Source of the DNA: a virus
Lineage: Duplodnaviria; Heunggongvirae; Uroviricota; Caudoviricetes
DNA length: 64,000 nucleotides
Strand: one strand, 5' to 3'
Virus record (IMG/VR): IMGVR_UViG_3300048574_000421
The first letter of the stretch is position 1. The number at the start of each line of letters is the position of its first letter. The position numbers and the translations under genes are program-made. The notes below the pieces were generated by a model, which had not been told where the DNA came from, did not search any database, and saw nothing but the letters and a program-made list of their open reading frames with translations. This document shows, piece by piece, positions 8,188 to 17,917 of this stretch.

Positions 8188-8693
8188 TTTTGTGTGTGTA
8201 AAATTGCAAATTCTGTTAAAATCGCAGTTGCTAACCCTGCAACAAAACCAAAATAAACTATGTTTTTCTCAAGCCATGTTCGTTCAACTTTCTTATTTAA
8301 TATCTTTATTTCATTTTGATAAACTTTTTCTACATCTAACGATTTGTCGTATAACACAGAATATAATGTATCAACCAATGCTATTTTTTTATCTAAGTAC
8401 ACATTATTGTTTTTATAAAAAATGTATAGAGCTGCTTTTTTTTCGCTAATCAAAATTCCAGGTCTTAACTGTATTGTATCTTTATAGATAGTAATTAATC
8501 TCCCAGAATCGACAGCAAATTGTTTAAAATCGGGTAAAGTAGAATCGACAATATCTTTATTGGGCGGCATTAATAAGTCTATATCAAGCTTTTCTGGAAG
8601 ATAACTATATTTTAAAGGTTGTTCCTGAATATTTGTTTTTGTTGAAGCACATGAAATCAACGTTATGCAAGCAAACAAAATTAGTTTTTTCAT
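8184..8693 (-). CDS. lipoprotein (possible outer-membrane spanin component)
   Basis: Signal peptide with lipobox MKKLILFACITLISC|AS. A hydrophobic C-terminal helix. Confidence 0.45.
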   Translation of the reverse strand: MKKLILFACITLISCASTKTNIQEQPLKYSYLPEKLDIDLLMPPNKDIVDSTLPDFKQFAVDSGRLITIYKDTIQLRPGILISEKKAALYIFYKNNNVYLDKKIALVDTLYSVLYDKSLDVEKVYQNEIKILNKKVERTWLEKNIVYFGFVAGLATAILTEFAILHTQK

Positions 8694-8697
8694 AATT

Positions 8698-9069
8698 TTA
8701 TCCCATTAATTCTGCTAAACGTTTACGACGCTCTCTATTATCTTCAATTTTTTGAGCATCTTTTAGTTCAGTCATCAATTGTTGATTTTCAGTTTTTGCA
8801 ACAGCAGCTTCAATTTTTACTACAGTATTAACTTCTTGCAACTTCTCTTTTATTTCAGACACATGATCTTTAATTTCATCTGAATCATTAGAAGTTGTCG
8901 CAGTTGTTGCTCTAATTGTAGAAATTATTTTCAAAATAAGAATCAAAATAGCAGGGATTAAAATTAAAGCATACTTCCAATATTTTTTCACAAAAGTTGT
9001 TTTTCTAAAAATTATCAAAAAAACAATAGCAATACAACAAATAACTAAAAGAACAAGCTCTGTTGTCAT
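8698..9069 (-). CDS. membrane-anchored coiled-coil protein (possible inner-membrane spanin component)
   Basis: N-terminal TM helices followed by a charged coiled coil (EIKEKLQEVNTVVKIEAAVAKTENQQLMTELKDAQKIEDNRERRKRLAELMG). It lies directly upstream of the lipoprotein gene, in the Rz/Rz1-like order. Confidence 0.4.
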   Translation of the reverse strand: MTTELVLLVICCIAIVFLIIFRKTTFVKKYWKYALILIPAILILILKIISTIRATTATTSNDSDEIKDHVSEIKEKLQEVNTVVKIEAAVAKTENQQLMTELKDAQKIEDNRERRKRLAELMG

Positions 9070-9072
9070 TTT

Positions 9073-9852
9073 TCACTCCTTTGTTTTATCAATTTCAATC
9101 AAATTCAAACGCCCAAACTTGTTAATATTTCCAATAAGACGTTTTTGATACCTTTTTATTAAAGCATCTTTGTCATATCTTATATCCATAACTTTTCGTA
9201 AGACTTTTTGATTATGATAAGATAAAACCCTATTATTTACTGCAGTATGGTGTATATGAAAAACATCAAAATTCATTGTAATATTTTTCATAAATCGTTC
9301 TACTAATACAGACATAACATCATCTTCAACACCCCAAACATTTGGTTCTTCATCCCAACCCTTAACCTTCAAAAAAGCTTGTTTTTTAAAGATACTTATT
9401 GAACTAGCAAAAGTTAATCCACGTCTTTTACTTAAAGAACTTTCTTGCTTTGATATTTTAAAAACATTAGGGTTTAAATCATAAATATCACCTTTAGGAT
9501 TTACAGCATCATATTCACCTATTTTTTTTACGGATTCAATAAGATCACTTATTGAAATCAAAATGTCGCTATCACAAAATACAAAAACATCATATTTTGC
9601 CTTTAATGCTGCAATATTCATTCCCCAAGATTTATTAAAATTACCAGAATTGCCAAGAAAAAAATAACGAATTGGAAATGACACATCTTTAAGAGTAGAA
9701 TGTTCACCTTGTTCAGTAACTATTATTTCAAATTCATATTGTTTTACAAAAGAAGAGTAATAATTAAGTGTCGTTAAAATAGCTTGTCTTCTATCTGAGT
9801 GCGATTCTTTATAAGGTATTATTAACGAAAACTTATTTTCTGAAACTTTCAT
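9073..9852 (-). CDS. family 2 glycosyltransferase
   Basis: GT-A fold signatures: SLIIPYKE...R...L (N-terminal beta-alpha), a DxD-like FCDSD, and C-terminal GWDE...WGVEDDV. Confidence 0.7.
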   Translation of the reverse strand: MKVSENKFSLIIPYKESHSDRRQAILTTLNYYSSFVKQYEFEIIVTEQGEHSTLKDVSFPIRYFFLGNSGNFNKSWGMNIAALKAKYDVFVFCDSDILISISDLIESVKKIGEYDAVNPKGDIYDLNPNVFKISKQESSLSKRRGLTFASSISIFKKQAFLKVKGWDEEPNVWGVEDDVMSVLVERFMKNITMNFDVFHIHHTAVNNRVLSYHNQKVLRKVMDIRYDKDALIKRYQKRLIGNINKFGRLNLIEIDKTKE

Positions 9853-10376
9853 ATTTCTTCTTTTGTAGCAACGTCTAAAGAAAACTTTCTAATAGAAGCA
9901 CTTGCAAATTTTATTAACAAATTATATGATGTTTTTAATTGATCATCATTCATTTCATTAAATAGTTTTGAAAGATCACGTTCAATAGTACTTAACATAA
10001 CGCGAACTTCATCAGGATCTAAATAAAGAATTCCTGCAAGAACTATTTTAATATCGTCAAACTTATTTTCAGTAACGAGTTTTTTGAAATACTCAAAAGA
10101 AAGTTTTCTTTTTTTATCTTGATAATTAAAAATTATTCTTTTACTAATCTTTCGAACAATATAACCATCCCAAGAACCTAACAAATTACTATAATTTTGA
10201 ATTGCTTCTAAACAAAATCTAAAGGCTTCTAGTTCATTGTCTGTTTCAATCAATAAACCATTATTGTCTACAAAATTTGCATTGCGAAACTGTGCACGAG
10301 CTATGTTTAAGAGAACTTTTGTCTCTTTCTTAGGTAAACAATGCCAACCTTCGAATTCGAGCTTTAATTTGTGCAT
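9849..10376 (-). CDS. hypothetical protein
   Basis: ORF track. 4-nt overlap with the GT2 gene. Confidence 0.4.
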   Translation of the reverse strand: MHKLKLEFEGWHCLPKKETKVLLNIARAQFRNANFVDNNGLLIETDNELEAFRFCLEAIQNYSNLLGSWDGYIVRKISKRIIFNYQDKKRKLSFEYFKKLVTENKFDDIKIVLAGILYLDPDEVRVMLSTIERDLSKLFNEMNDDQLKTSYNLLIKFASASIRKFSLDVATKEEI

Positions 10377-10445
10377 TTATCTTCATTTCGTTTAATCTCT
10401 TTATATATTTAATTTATACAGCAAGAATAAGTTAGATTTTACAAC

Positions 10446-11003
10446 TCATTCCTGCTCTTTTTGTTGTTGAATTGCACAATCAATAATTCTTCCCCATAGT
10501 TCACGATCATCATGAATTCTATTATACAATAATTGTATTATTTCAGGTTTTGTCATGCCCCAACTTAATAATTCTTTTACTTGTTCTAGTCTAGATTGTT
10601 TTTCACCAGAATCATCCCAGTATTTTTTATAATCAATTTCAAAATCACCATCAGGTTGCTTTTTTAAATATTGAACATGAGGAAACACACCAGCTATATT
10701 TTGAAAAATATGCATAGTCTCATGTGTTACTGTAGATTTTGCATCTTCTAAATATTTAACAACATCATCTCTTGTTTTTATATTGTTTTTAGCAAAATCT
10801 TTTAAAGGAAGAAAAACCAACTTTTTTTCATGATTTGAAGCACCACGCTCTTCTTGATCTCTAAACTTAATTTTTATTTTGTCTAAAACATCAGTTAAGT
10901 CTTTTTCGCTTGTTGTCGGATAGATTTCTTTCAATCTATCTAAGATATATTCCCTTTTTTTGGGTATATCTTTAAAAGTATAAGTATCAGTTTTAATGCT
11001 CAT
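10446..11003 (-). CDS. hypothetical protein with HExxH motif (possible metallopeptidase)
   Basis: Single motif VTHETMHIF (H-E-x-x-H). Nothing else recognisable. Confidence 0.35.
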   Translation of the reverse strand: MSIKTDTYTFKDIPKKREYILDRLKEIYPTTSEKDLTDVLDKIKIKFRDQEERGASNHEKKLVFLPLKDFAKNNIKTRDDVVKYLEDAKSTVTHETMHIFQNIAGVFPHVQYLKKQPDGDFEIDYKKYWDDSGEKQSRLEQVKELLSWGMTKPEIIQLLYNRIHDDRELWGRIIDCAIQQQKEQE

Positions 11004-11568
11004 TTGTTTGCTCTTTTTTTAACTTTTTAATTGTCTCTTGCATTTCTTGAATAATCAAGTTTTGATGAGATAATTTTTGTTGCATTTCACTAACTACAGT
11101 AGAATTATGTCTCATTACTTTATCTAAATCACGTTGCAACTTTTCTATCATCTGATTTTCGACATTTTTTACTATGTTGTTTAATTCATCCTTGTCGCTT
11201 ATCAACACATATTTGCCTTGATCATCAGTTTTTTTAGTAAGAAGACTGACTCTTCTATTAAAATCTTTTTCAAACAAATTATTTAACTCTTGTTCTTCAG
11301 CTTTATTGAGCGCAATTATATTACGCAACTTTCCACACAAAAACGATTCTGTACCTTGAAACTGTCTATCAATGTACTCTCTGTCAGGCATTAAAGCGAC
11401 TTCTTGCAAAGTCGGTCCCCCAACACAACCTTTAAAAAAATCTGGACAATGTGTACAAGGGACCGGCTTTAATAAACCCAACAAAAATATAGCTTCATTT
11501 TTGTCTATATAAGAAATTGAGAAGTCATTTGCTTCTATAGAATCTCCATCGAATTGCTTTACAAGCAT
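10993..11568 (-). CDS. hypothetical protein, C-terminal coiled coil
   Basis: ORF track. Cys/His cluster CTHCPDFFKGC. Confidence 0.4.
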   Translation of the reverse strand: MLVKQFDGDSIEANDFSISYIDKNEAIFLLGLLKPVPCTHCPDFFKGCVGGPTLQEVALMPDREYIDRQFQGTESFLCGKLRNIIALNKAEEQELNNLFEKDFNRRVSLLTKKTDDQGKYVLISDKDELNNIVKNVENQMIEKLQRDLDKVMRHNSTVVSEMQQKLSHQNLIIQEMQETIKKLKKEQTNEH

Positions 11569-13229
11569 TATTTTTTTCCAAGCACGTCATCAATTATTTT
11601 TGAATTACTTTGATTGTCAAAAATATCGACATTATAGCTATTTGCACTTATAAAACTTTCTTGTGTTTCTACAGTTTCAGTTCTATCTTTACAAGCCTTT
11701 TTACCAATATTCTTCTTTTCTTCATCTAAAGCAGCTTGAATTCCAAGAGTAAATTTAGAAACAAGTTCTAGATTACAATCGCTTTTCAATTGATTTGCAA
11801 ATGTATCAATATGTGTTTTAGGAACAAAAGACGCAGCTTTTTCAAAAACTCTTTTTGCAGCTCTTGGTGAGCGAACTAAAGGATTGTTTGAAATTAACAA
11901 TGCAACCTTCGTGCATGTGCCACAATTGTGTAAACTACAACCAACACATTTTGAATTTGCTTTCAAACTATAAATCAACTTGCTTCCTGCATGTTGAAGT
12001 TTTGAAAAAGCATCAGCCATTTCATCACAATTTGAATATATGTTTGAATCAATAAACAAATAACCAAGTTGACCATAATGTTTTTGAAGTTTGTACTCAT
12101 GCTCAGCTAAAAACAAATTAGTTGCTTCAAGACCAAAATGTTTTTTAAGCGAACTTTTAACAAATTCAAGATCATTTCCTGATGTCATCAAAGCAAAAGC
12201 ATAATTTGTCATTGCTTTTGAATCTATTGATACAGGTTTTGCTTTAGGTTCTATCTCTACACCTTGTAAAGTTGAACTTGCAAAATTTGTATCAAAAGTT
12301 TGACGATTACTAAAACGTTCAAACTTTGTCAATTCATCTTTGTATTTTTCAGAAAAATCTTGAAATTTATCATAACCAAAAGTTCTTGCAAGTTTCTTAC
12401 CAATTTCTGACCTAGAAAGCTTTGAATTAATTCCAAGCTTATATTCATTAAACATTCTTGCAAGTATATTTTGCTTTTCTGTAGAAGAATTCTTTTTTGC
12501 ATTGTTATCAACATCACGAACAGTCAGTTCTTTGTCATCTGTATCTCTTTGAAATGCAACTCTAGCTTCTTTATTCTCGTAATAACTTTGTTTGATTTTA
12601 TCTAGTGAGAATAAAAATTTAGAAGTTACAAACACAGGACGTTTTTGCTCTAACAAACTTTTGTATTCTTTGACAATAGAACTAGTGACATATTCAAGTT
12701 TTGAAAATTTATCAAGAATATCATTAACTGTTGAACGTCGAACTTTAAAATCAACTTTTGATTGTTCTACAAGATTTGCATTTTTTTCTTCAAGACTTTC
12801 AAAACCAAGAAAAGCATATTTGTCTAGAACTAAACGAATCTTTGATTCAAAGTATTTGAACACAAGCTCTTTATCGAACTTAGAAAGCAAAGCAGATTGA
12901 ATCTGTTCAAAACTGTTTTGTTCACGAACCATTGCTTCAACAGCTCTATCTACAGTTTTTATTGCAACATCTTGGGCAACACGTTGAGATTTTTCTTCTG
13001 TGAATCTGTTTTGTCTATTTGATTCTCTAGACCCGTCAGAAGTCAGTTCGTTTGCTCTAGATAAACCCGAATCCTTGTCAAAAGGGATATTAGGTACTTC
13101 TAGTTTAGGAGGCTCGTAATTAATCTCCTGTTCAGCGAGCTTTTCAATATAATCAGGCATTGTTTTACGACTAGACTCTTGTAGTATACCTGAAAAACCT
13201 TGATCAAAAACACCATTTAACTCATCCAT
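11568..13229 (-). CDS. hypothetical protein (553 aa) with C-terminal Cys cluster
   Basis: Contains KCVGCSLHNCGTCTK. Possibly a virion or assembly protein, but not established. Confidence 0.45.
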   Translation of the reverse strand: MDELNGVFDQGFSGILQESSRKTMPDYIEKLAEQEINYEPPKLEVPNIPFDKDSGLSRANELTSDGSRESNRQNRFTEEKSQRVAQDVAIKTVDRAVEAMVREQNSFEQIQSALLSKFDKELVFKYFESKIRLVLDKYAFLGFESLEEKNANLVEQSKVDFKVRRSTVNDILDKFSKLEYVTSSIVKEYKSLLEQKRPVFVTSKFLFSLDKIKQSYYENKEARVAFQRDTDDKELTVRDVDNNAKKNSSTEKQNILARMFNEYKLGINSKLSRSEIGKKLARTFGYDKFQDFSEKYKDELTKFERFSNRQTFDTNFASSTLQGVEIEPKAKPVSIDSKAMTNYAFALMTSGNDLEFVKSSLKKHFGLEATNLFLAEHEYKLQKHYGQLGYLFIDSNIYSNCDEMADAFSKLQHAGSKLIYSLKANSKCVGCSLHNCGTCTKVALLISNNPLVRSPRAAKRVFEKAASFVPKTHIDTFANQLKSDCNLELVSKFTLGIQAALDEEKKNIGKKACKDRTETVETQESFISANSYNVDIFDNQSNSKIIDDVLGKK

Positions 13230-13278
13230 TTTTTCTCCTTTTGCTTCTCCTCTTATTACAAGAGTAGTTATTGAAGCA

Positions 13279-13560
13279 TTAATATTTCGTATCTAACACT
13301 TTTTTCATTTTGAAATAAGCTTCAATTCCACTTTCGAAATTTTTAAGTTCATCAAGACTAGTAGCTTTATGTGTATCATCAAAACCCGATAACCAATTTC
13401 TAAAACCATTTTTTTTGGTAATTTCTTGGATTTTCTTGATCAGAGTTTCTAATTCATTTAGATCATTGTCTAAATTTTCATTATCGTATTGATCAGCAGA
13501 AGACTTATTATGTTGTGTTTTTAAAACTCTACACATAGAACAAGTACAATTTTTCAACAT
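13279..13560 (-). CDS. hypothetical protein (93 aa), N-terminal CxxC
   Basis: ORF track. Contains NCTCSMCR. Confidence 0.35.
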   Translation of the reverse strand: MLKNCTCSMCRVLKTQHNKSSADQYDNENLDNDLNELETLIKKIQEITKKNGFRNWLSGFDDTHKATSLDELKNFESGIEAYFKMKKVLDTKY

Positions 13561-13592
13561 TTACTCTCTCCTTAGTTTGCACTCTACAATAT

Positions 13593-14573
13593 TTATTTAG
13601 CTTTGCCTATCTCGTTAAGCAGTTCATCATAAGCTTGAAGACTGTTTAACAAATCATTACTAGCTACAGAACATTGTGTGTTATAATTTTCGTCTGTAAG
13701 CTTCATGTAATTTTTCCATTTTGTCGTACTGATAATATTCTTAATTTTTCCGACAAGATCTCCGACTTTATCAAGTTCGCTCGTGAAATCAACAGAATCT
13801 TCGAAGTTTTCAGCAGCTGCTTCTTTTGAGTCTTCATCGTCTTTTTTCTTACAAGGACAATCTGGATTGGGTCCTGTACCATCAGGCACACCAGGTTCAA
13901 CACCTGCACTTTTAACTAACTTCACTTCATAGTCACCATATTGATATGTAGTATCATTTACTTTTTTTCCAGGTCGTTTTTTAATTTCTTCTAAAATCTC
14001 AGCTTTAGTTCCTGCTTCACCTGACATTTCAAAAAACGTTGCAACAGCATCGTCAAAAGATTCACCTTCTACAACACCACCATCTCCTGGTGTTTCACCC
14101 ATAATATCATACTGTTGTTTTTTTGCTGCTCTTTTATCAGAAATACCATCTTCATTTTCTTTGAAAAGTCTCATGACATGTTTCTTATCTTCTGATATTT
14201 TCCAAAAATCGCCAGTTTCAAGATCTTCATAAACATCACGACCAGCAACTTTAAAAATCCCAGCTTGTCTATAAGACATTGCTGTCATAATGCTCATCTT
14301 TTGCATATCGTTTCTTTGAGCAACAAGAATCCCAAAAAAATCTTCAACAACAGATTCGGGATTTAGGTCGATTTTTGCTCTTTCTTTAAACGAACTCAAT
14401 GTACTTTTTGAAACATCAGGACTTTTGTCAAAAGCTCTCAAAGCTTTTTCAACATCTTGTGCAGTCAAAATAGCTTCTTTACCATCAGGTAACATAGAAG
14501 CAGCTGTTTTTACAATACCTCTTTTTGAAACAGAAATATTTTCAAGAAAGGTTGATTCTGTATCTCTTTTCAT
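13593..14573 (-). CDS. hypothetical protein (326 aa), acidic
   Basis: ORF track. Candidate scaffold-like protein by composition only. Confidence 0.45.
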   Translation of the reverse strand: MKRDTESTFLENISVSKRGIVKTAASMLPDGKEAILTAQDVEKALRAFDKSPDVSKSTLSSFKERAKIDLNPESVVEDFFGILVAQRNDMQKMSIMTAMSYRQAGIFKVAGRDVYEDLETGDFWKISEDKKHVMRLFKENEDGISDKRAAKKQQYDIMGETPGDGGVVEGESFDDAVATFFEMSGEAGTKAEILEEIKKRPGKKVNDTTYQYGDYEVKLVKSAGVEPGVPDGTGPNPDCPCKKKDDEDSKEAAAENFEDSVDFTSELDKVGDLVGKIKNIISTTKWKNYMKLTDENYNTQCSVASNDLLNSLQAYDELLNEIGKAK

Positions 14574-14582
14574 ATTTTCTCC

Positions 14583-14861
14583 TTATACAACAAGTAGTTT
14601 TTTCTTTATTTGTTTAAGTCTCAACACAAGACTCTTAAAATCATCTTTTGATTCAAGAATACTTGGACTTTTTTTACCACTTAAATCTTCAGTAGCTAAA
14701 TCTACTTCAGCAGATAGACTATTTAGTTTTTCACTCAAAGATGCAGCAAGCTCTAAAGCAGCATCAATTTGATCTTGAGGAACTGAAGTAACCACATCAA
14801 CTGTATCTGATACAGGAGTTTCTTTCTGAAGAATTTCTTTTGCAATCTTTTTAACATCCAT
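14583..14861 (-). CDS. hypothetical protein (92 aa)
   Basis: ORF track. Confidence 0.35.
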   Translation of the reverse strand: MDVKKIAKEILQKETPVSDTVDVVTSVPQDQIDAALELAASLSEKLNSLSAEVDLATEDLSGKKSPSILESKDDFKSLVLRLKQIKKKLLVV

Positions 14862-15053
14862 TTATTGTTCATCTCCTGTTTTTTTTCTCAACAATTTTGT
14901 GCCTTCAACTTTCCAAACATTATCATCAACTCGACCCTCAAAAGGATCTTTTTTAGGAGAACCTAAACTTACTCTCTCAAAATAACTAGCTTTTTTTGTT
15001 TGAGGAAGATCAAGAACTTTTTCTAGAACGTTTGATTCATCAAATCTAAGCAT
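14862..15053 (-). CDS. hypothetical protein (63 aa)
   Basis: ORF track. Abuts its neighbours with no gaps. Confidence 0.3.
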   Translation of the reverse strand: MLRFDESNVLEKVLDLPQTKKASYFERVSLGSPKKDPFEGRVDDNVWKVEGTKLLRKKTGDEQ

Positions 15054-15727
15054 TAGAAAGCTCCTTTGATCTCATAATCTATTTCAGCAACCCCTTTTTC
15101 AACAGAACTAAATTTCACTTGATTCTTAAATATTTCTGGTGTTAGTGCTGCTTTTAAATTTTTAAATTCGCAAGTTAGATATGCAAAAACTTTCCCAAGA
15201 ATATCATCTATTTCATTCTGATTCAAAACCACGCGATTTGCTGTTTTAAAAATACTCATGTTTTGTTTAAAATCAACAATCAAAGTTCCCGACATAATAT
15301 TACTTTTTTTATCGTAATTATATTTTGACCAATCTTCAGAAACTTCTAATTTAGCAAATCTATCAAATGAAGCTTTCTTCTCTGTTGTTTCATCTTGTTT
15401 TTCCATCTCTTGCTCAACAACATTTGGCTCTTCACTTTTGGGTTGATCTTTTTTCTTTACAGTCAATTCATCGTTAACTTCTAACTGGTCAATTTCATCA
15501 GCAAGAAATTTTAAACTATTGTTAAGTGATTCGCCATAAGTACGAAGTGCATCAGGTGCAGCTAAAAGAACACCTTTACTGACTTCTTTTCTTCGAACAA
15601 GATCTAAAACGTCTTCAAGTACTGTGTTGTCTGCATAACCTTTTGTAACAGCATTGATGACAGCATGAACAAAGCTTTTGTTCTCTGATTCTGTCAGTAC
15701 ATTAGTTCTTTCAGCAATTTTGTCCAT
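15053..15727 (-). CDS. hypothetical protein (224 aa)
   Basis: ORF track. Confidence 0.45.
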   Translation of the reverse strand: MDKIAERTNVLTESENKSFVHAVINAVTKGYADNTVLEDVLDLVRRKEVSKGVLLAAPDALRTYGESLNNSLKFLADEIDQLEVNDELTVKKKDQPKSEEPNVVEQEMEKQDETTEKKASFDRFAKLEVSEDWSKYNYDKKSNIMSGTLIVDFKQNMSIFKTANRVVLNQNEIDDILGKVFAYLTCEFKNLKAALTPEIFKNQVKFSSVEKGVAEIDYEIKGAF

Positions 15728-15803
15728 ATTGACCTCTTTTGAATTTTAATACAATAGTTACTAGTTTTATAGTTCAATGGCAAGATAAAAACTATAGAAA
15801 AAT

Positions 15804-16508
15804 TTAGACAGAAATCTCTTTTTGCACAGTTTTCTTTGATTGCGTATGATAGAGAGAGTTGTACTTTTTGAGGAGAGAGAATACTTTGTAATAAATTGCA
15901 GCTTCTCTCGCTAGTGACACACTTGAAGATTTTTTTAAATACTCTAGTCTTTTTAAACCTAACTTAATTCTTGACCCTATAGATTCATAAAGCAAATCAG
16001 GTTTGCCTTCAGCTTTCCCAATTTTTTTTGCTATTCTTCTCAAATCATGATCTTTAAAATATTCTAACATTGCAATTTTTTGTTTTTTAGTCACATGTAC
16101 ATCAAGAAAATCTTCCATTTTTGTAATATCAATATTTCTAAAAAAACAAAGCAAGTTTATACGTTTTAGTGCACGTTTCTTATAATAACATACCATTTCT
16201 TGAGATACTTTTAAAATTCTACCCACAACTTCTTGTTTCTTTTTATAGAAAAACAATAAAAGTATCACATATTTTTCTATTTCTGGTAGCATGTGCTCTA
16301 TAACATAATTTACTTCATTGATTTTCTCTTCATTCTCGAGCTCAATTTGAACGTCTTCAGAAGTATAGAGACTGTCACTATTTGAAAAAAACAACTCTAA
16401 AAGATTATTGTCAATTCTGACTTCACGTTTATATGCACTGATATCTCCACTTGGATCAAAGTGTCTTATAATACTTGACTTACTTAATTTTGGGAGATAA
16501 TCATCCAT
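15804..16508 (-). CDS. hypothetical protein (234 aa), possible HTH at the C-terminus
   Basis: ORF track. The C-terminal KQKIAMLEYFKDHDLRRIAKKIG is weakly HTH-like. Confidence 0.4.
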   Translation of the reverse strand: MDDYLPKLSKSSIIRHFDPSGDISAYKREVRIDNNLLELFFSNSDSLYTSEDVQIELENEEKINEVNYVIEHMLPEIEKYVILLLFFYKKKQEVVGRILKVSQEMVCYYKKRALKRINLLCFFRNIDITKMEDFLDVHVTKKQKIAMLEYFKDHDLRRIAKKIGKAEGKPDLLYESIGSRIKLGLKRLEYLKKSSSVSLAREAAIYYKVFSLLKKYNSLYHTQSKKTVQKEISV

Positions 16509-16511
16509 AAA

Positions 16512-16655
16512 CTATTCTTCTTTCGATGTTTTTTCCTTACAAGAGTCACATATCATACGACCATTTACTAAACTTGTAGCTGGATTTTTACCACATTCTT
16601 CACATAAACCTGAAGCTATTTTAATTGGTTGTGGTGTACCTTGTTTGTGAAACAT
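16512..16655 (-). CDS. small zinc-ribbon protein (47 aa), not in the ORF track
   Basis: Hand translation gives MFHKQGTPQPIKIASGLCEECGKNPATSLVNGRMICDSCKEKTSKEE* with CxxC...CxxC. A strong SD (TAAGGAG) sits 7 nt upstream of the ATG. Confidence 0.45.
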   Translation of the reverse strand: MFHKQGTPQPIKIASGLCEECGKNPATSLVNGRMICDSCKEKTSKEE

Positions 16656-16665
16656 AAAAAACTCC

Positions 16666-17649
16666 TTAGAAATAAATACAGTCTTCTAGCTTTTTATCTT
16701 CTCGTATCTTTATATATCTTGCTTCTTGATATTTATCATCTTTACTATCTTTTTCTGACGCTAACATTTCGAAAACTTTTCCTACTAAAATTTCTTTATT
16801 ATTGTACAATATTGTTCTTGTATCATACCCATGTACTGGTACATTCATTATTTTTGTAAGAACATTATTTCGTAACTGACCACCTTCTAAAGCAACGATC
16901 ATCTTTTTCAATTTTGGATCATCGCTCTCTACAAGTCCCATTACAGTCATAAAATAAGTTTGAGGAATTTTATAAATTCTCCAAGCTGTACTTTGTTTAA
17001 AACTATATTTCGCAGCAAGGTCTTTAAAAACAAAAACCTTTATTTCGTTTCTTAATTGTTCAAAAACACTTTTTTTATTTTTGCAAAAACCTGCTTGAAT
17101 TTTGACTGTTTCATCTTCTTTAAATAATTTATTAAGTATAGTACGTCGATCAAATAAAGGCAAGTTAAAAACATCTTGTCCTGCACTATATATTATGTCA
17201 GTCACGTAAAACTGTGCACTTTTAGCAAGATCATCATCTATCTCACCGAGCTTAAGAAATCTAAAAGCTTTTGACCTGTCATTCTCAAATGTCAAGTAAC
17301 CTTCAAACAAAGTTTGTTCAGGTAAATTATTTGCTTTTAATGAATTTACAATGTTTGTCAGACTATCGATTTTAAATTGTTCTTTATAGTTTTTTTGCTT
17401 TCCATGAAATTTAATTTGACCAGAAGCACATACAAGACCTTGATAGCGAACACCTAAACGTATAGGTTCCATTATCCATTGGTCTGAATACCAAAACTTG
17501 TCTTGGTCACTCTCGTTATCAATAGAACCAACACTCCTTGCTTCCATTAGATTCACAAACTCAACCATTACAATCTCCAAAAACAAATTGAAATCTAGAA
17601 ATCTTTCTTTTAAAAACATCTTTAAAAACAAATTTATTCTCATTTGCAT
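16666..17649 (-). CDS. nucleotidyltransferase (ATP-dependent ligase)-like protein with atypical motif I
   Basis: Ligase motif V-like EIKVFVFKDLAAKYSFKQSTAWRIYK and motif IV-like TDIIY are present. The motif I position reads EPIRLGVR instead of KxDG. Confidence 0.3.
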   Translation of the reverse strand: MQMRINLFLKMFLKERFLDFNLFLEIVMVEFVNLMEARSVGSIDNESDQDKFWYSDQWIMEPIRLGVRYQGLVCASGQIKFHGKQKNYKEQFKIDSLTNIVNSLKANNLPEQTLFEGYLTFENDRSKAFRFLKLGEIDDDLAKSAQFYVTDIIYSAGQDVFNLPLFDRRTILNKLFKEDETVKIQAGFCKNKKSVFEQLRNEIKVFVFKDLAAKYSFKQSTAWRIYKIPQTYFMTVMGLVESDDPKLKKMIVALEGGQLRNNVLTKIMNVPVHGYDTRTILYNNKEILVGKVFEMLASEKDSKDDKYQEARYIKIREDKKLEDCIYF

Positions 17650-17917
17650 AAAAACAAATCATATTAGGTTTGTCTTTAAAAAACATATATGCTCTACCTG
17701 TGTGCAATGCTCCAACACTAGAACATTTTTGTAATAATTGCGTCACTTGGCATTCTATAGATTGCATTGCAATATTATTTATACAAGAAGTTAAATGATT
17801 ATTATAGATATGCACAATTTGATTTGAAAAATCAGGTACTATAGAAGTGTCAATACACATACTTTCATCAAATTCTATTTGCAAATTATCTTCAAATTTG
17901 ACAACTCTTGCACGCAT
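17561..17917 (-). CDS. hypothetical protein (118 aa)
   Basis: ORF track. It overlaps the 5' end of 16666..17649 by about 90 nt, so one of the two starts is probably later than listed. Confidence 0.3.
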   Translation of the reverse strand: MRARVVKFEDNLQIEFDESMCIDTSIVPDFSNQIVHIYNNHLTSCINNIAMQSIECQVTQLLQKCSSVGALHTGRAYMFFKDKPNMICFYANENKFVFKDVFKRKISRFQFVFGDCNG

